DNA from: Dipteris shenzhenensis
Taxonomy: Eukaryota
Assembly: GCA_047967505.1 (NCBI GenBank)
Contig: CM106538.1
Strand: one strand, 5' to 3'
Length of the DNA: 64,000 nucleotides
This document shows positions 61,430 to 64,000 of this stretch, piece by piece. Under the pieces are notes generated by a model. That model had not been told where the DNA came from, made no database searches, and saw only the letters and a program-made list of their open reading frames with translations. The translations under genes and the position numbers were made by a program. Position 1 is the first letter of the stretch; each line of letters starts with the position of its first letter.

Positions 61430-64000
61430 TAATGTGTTTGGAACTCTCTGCTATTGATGATGCCATGAGGTAGGCTGACATATTGCATTTCCTCCAATAA
61501 GGAGGCATAGGGTGAAGATTGAAGAAGTCCCTCCAATAATGTATTCAGTATATACTCAGTAGAATGCTCAAATTTGGGAAGAGGTGGATTTAGAGAAGGA
61601 GAATGAGGTGGGGATAGAAAGAGAGGTGGTGAGAAGAGGAGAATAAATGAGGATAGAGGAGGGGGATGTAGCTGAGGAGGATAGGAGAGAGTAGCTGAGG
61701 AGAAGAGGACAGCTAAGAAGAAAATAATTCTAGCAAATAAGACAGCTGAGAGGTTGACAACAATGAAAATGTTGTAGAAAGAACATAAGTAAGAAGAAAC
61801 GAGGATTCGGGAAGCTAGGAAAAAGAAATTCGTAGAGCTCAATTCCACAAATGCTATGCATTGGAACAGAGACAGTTGTTCCCACTAGCCTTTACCGTTC
61901 AGCGACGATGACATCAAACTTCTCACTTTGATGAAGATGAGATTCAATATTTTTCAACCCCCTTCGAGAGGTCAACAATTGAGTGCTACAAGGTGTCCTA
62001 AGGTTTGATACCTTTTTTTTTTCTTGGCTTCATACCTAAGTATTTTGGTTGAAGCTAATGAGCTAATGTTTGTTTACTTTTTGTTGTGGTATGATTATAT
62101 CATAGTTTCACAATGATGTACAAAACCATGTATATATTATTGACTCCCTTATTTCTCAGACTCTGTCTCGAACGTGATACCTCCTTTTTGGATATTCTTC
62201 ATTGGTTTTCCCAAATATCTTTTGAAAATGTGACGCTTCCCATTTTGGCATACAACGAAAGGTAAAGAACATCACATACTATTTTTTCCTCTTGCATGTG
62301 ACATTTTTGGATTGTTGGAATTGCTCATATAGCTCACATTGAAGTCATTTGGCTTGGCACATTGAGGCCAAATGGATTTATTTGGTCAATTCATCGGATA
62401 GGGTCCATGGCTCCATCAAAGAGTGAGTGTTTACTTCATGAGTTGTTACTATTGCATGTTTGTTGCAATGCACACATTGATGTTCTAGTATATGTTATAG
62501 ATTGGCAAGGAAGTTGGTATGTCCCATTGAGTCAATTACATAGGAAACCTTGGAAAATGACCTAGTACTGAACAATACAAAGTAACAGTGCAAAACAATG
62601 GCCATACCTGTGGTTGGAGAGTATACTACAACATCATGCTAGTCATCAACAAAGTTTTCAATTTGTCCTTACAAGTATGTAATGGATTGATTTCAATATA
62701 GTGATGTTTCATATTTATTTATGATTTCTCCATTCATGATAACATATAAACTACTAATTTCCTTGTAGTATCCCCCATTGTCATTGTATACAGCTGTGGA
62801 TCTAGACTTATTTAGGGTTGAGACCATTCAAAACCTACTTGTGAACATAGTGGAGGAGATTCCACTAATTGAATAGGACATTGCAGCCAGGCCTCCACTG
62901 GCCAATGAATAGGACACTACTAGCCAAGCCTCCACTAGCGATATATGGACATAGTAGTCCCCCATTTTGTGCTATGTTGGGCAATTATTCTTTGTTTATA
63001 TTGTTGAACCAAGAAATCTTGGGTTATTTGTAACATTGTCTGTTGGTTTCATGAATAATTTTTCCAAGTTAGTTTCGTTAAGAAGCTAAACTTTTATATT
63101 GGTGCCAAAAGTTTGTATGCCCTAATAAAAATAAAGGTTTGACATATTCACCAGGATTTGAAACTTTTATGCAAAAAAATTTTGAGTTTCACTAGGATTT
63201 ACATTTTTTACTTCAAAATTCAAAAGAAAATATATAAAAGTATCCTACATCCTATCGATATTGTGAAACTAAAAAAAATATTGATAAAATTTCACCAAGA
63301 TTTTATATTAATATATAAGCATAGCTTTGATAAAAACATCCATGGTTGGTTTATCGTAACATCATATAAAATTTTGAAATCAAAATAGTTTTGTCTAAGT
63401 ACCTATATTTATTGAATGCTTGAAATGTATGCACATAATTTTTGGTTTTCGATATGTACTTTGTGAGATTGAAAATTAAGAAATTCCTATTGATTAGTTG
63501 TGGACAAAAGAAGACAAGTGAAATATTTTTTAGATGGTCTTAGAGGTTCTTCATTCTTTAAAAAATGCTCAAAAAATGTGGTTGTAAGTCCTATCTGAAT
63601 TCTCTTATTCACATTTCTATTTGGATCGTATTATTCATGTTGTTCAAATCATCACAATACAATCAAGGACACTCCATCGATCTTGTAACTCCCATATTGC
63701 TTTGTGATGATTCTGAGACCTATTGGGTTTTTTATATTCTTTTTTTCCAATGTGATTAGGGCTCCTCCGTCAATTCTAGAACTCATTGTGATGATTTTGA
63801 GAACTTTCGAGATTTTTTTATTCGCTTTTTTTCCAGATCATCACAATGGGATTAGGGCCCCTTGCCTATTTTGAAACTTCCTTATTGCGTTGTGATGATT
63901 TCTAGGCCTATCATGTTATACTTATTCGATTTGCCATTTAGACATGTTGCCAGGTGCTAAAATCTTTCCAAGACTGTGTCTTTGTACAATCTGTTTGTTT

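Overview
Eukaryotic land-plant nuclear DNA made mostly of nested, decayed transposons. A fern or lycophyte origin is only an impression from repeat style. There is one intact host gene: an F-box/beta-propeller protein with an intronless CDS (56646-58022, +). The most notable locus is a rolling-circle transposon at about 12.2-20 kb. It has a compact RepHel frame (HUH-Y2 Rep plus PIF1 helicase; 13678-17739, three in-frame stops, no frameshift) with the non-canonical Helentron/Helitron2-type motif RGSLHAH. Directly downstream is a spliced gene ending in a GIY-YIG endonuclease with all core residues (17850-19180). Upstream lie a Mutator-like foldback element with a 133-bp-arm perfect central palindrome and an isolated two-exon fragment of a GDPDL/SHV3-like gene. 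The rest comprises several Ty1/copia remnants, a gag-only LTR element, Ty3/gypsy fragments with a solo LTR, two L1-clade LINEs, small MITEs, a local duplication and simple repeats. All calls come from reading and hand-translating the sequence; no database searches were run.
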